From contig NW_025767457.1 of assembly GCF_003918875.1 (NCBI RefSeq), positions 1,364,001 through 1,428,000 of the forward strand: DNA of 64,000 bases. The letters are read 5' to 3'. Below are positions 63,336-64,000 of the stretch, piece after piece. Both the position numbers and the translations under genes were made by a program. Each line of letters opens with the position of its first letter. Position 1 is the stretch's first letter. The notes under the pieces were generated by a model. It was not told the DNA's origin, did no database searches, and worked only from the letters and a program-made list of their open reading frames with translations. The DNA is from Haliotis rubra. Lineage: Eukaryota.

Positions 63336-64000
63336 CCTCGTAATATATACTTTCAATTATTCTAATGTCAGTCACATATATGAAAGGTTCTCATGTTGAA
63401 GTTAACTGAAGGAGTGACTTATAAATTCAGATCTGATTCTTTTCTTACCGTGTTGGTTTGTTTAATGTGTTTCAGTTGATGATTGAATTTTTCCTTGGGG
63501 ATCTCACCATTTCTACTTTCTGTAAAGGGTTGCTTCATCTTTGAACGAAGCAGTCTCCAAGAACAGACATGTGTTGGCGTTTGTATGCTTCTGATCCTTT
63601 AGTTTACCAATGCTGACAAACTCCATGATATCAAGGATGAGACGATAACATCCGTCGGATGTCGCAGCTACAAGGTGAACTTGTTATCCAGTCCATGTGA
63701 AACCACTCCCACCATGATGCTGGAAAGGGAAAATTTAGTAAACTTAAAAGAATGACATGTAAAAACCAATGGATGCATACATTATATAGATTGAAGAACA
63801 CAGAGGGAAGACAAAAATAAATTCTAATCAACTGCTTCATAACCTGATCTTAGTGACACTTACACGTTATGGATCTGTAGGTCTCAAAGTCGCCTGCCAC
63901 CGTTTTCTCCATTTAATATCCGCACTGCCAAGAGGGGCTGTCTCACTCTACCTGATCTTGAGTGGAGGTTGCGAAAAGACTGGATAAAAGTACGTGCCGT

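Noticed and set aside
63540-63760. Possible host exon on the - strand (polypyrimidine-AG followed by HPTDVI, reminiscent of a PAP2 phosphatase motif)
   Set aside because: It requires a stop and a frameshift within a short stretch and no other exon is visible. Too weak to call.

Overview
AT-rich, repeat-dense animal genomic DNA with one assembly gap (47994-48135) and no recognisable intact host gene. The SINE families suggest a mollusc, possibly an abalone-like gastropod (inference). The main hidden structure is a head-to-tail array of heavily decayed, mutually homologous units: U1 ~1400-16780, U2 ~16780-27990, U3 ~27990-32370 (truncated) and U4 ~46090-60960. An inverted copy of part of U2 lies at 35640-36648. 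Translating the units across their frameshifts gives, in colinear order on the + strand, an unknown ORF-A, a nucleoprotein-like block, an unknown ORF-C, a glycoprotein-like block and a nearly full-length L protein. The L remnants include RdRp traces, the PRNTase HR motif and cap-methyltransferase motifs of a negative-strand RNA virus (Haploviricotina / Mononegavirales-like). This reads as an old, near genome-length endogenous viral element amplified in tandem after integration. Younger elements are layered on top: two long I-group (I/Nimb-like) LINEs that each begin exactly with a compact HDV-like ribozyme fold, many 5'-truncated copies with TSDs, three SINE/retroposon families, Tc1, pogo/Tigger, MITEs, and L2/CR1, Tx1 and Gypsy remnants. 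All alignments and translations were done by eye; no database search was run.
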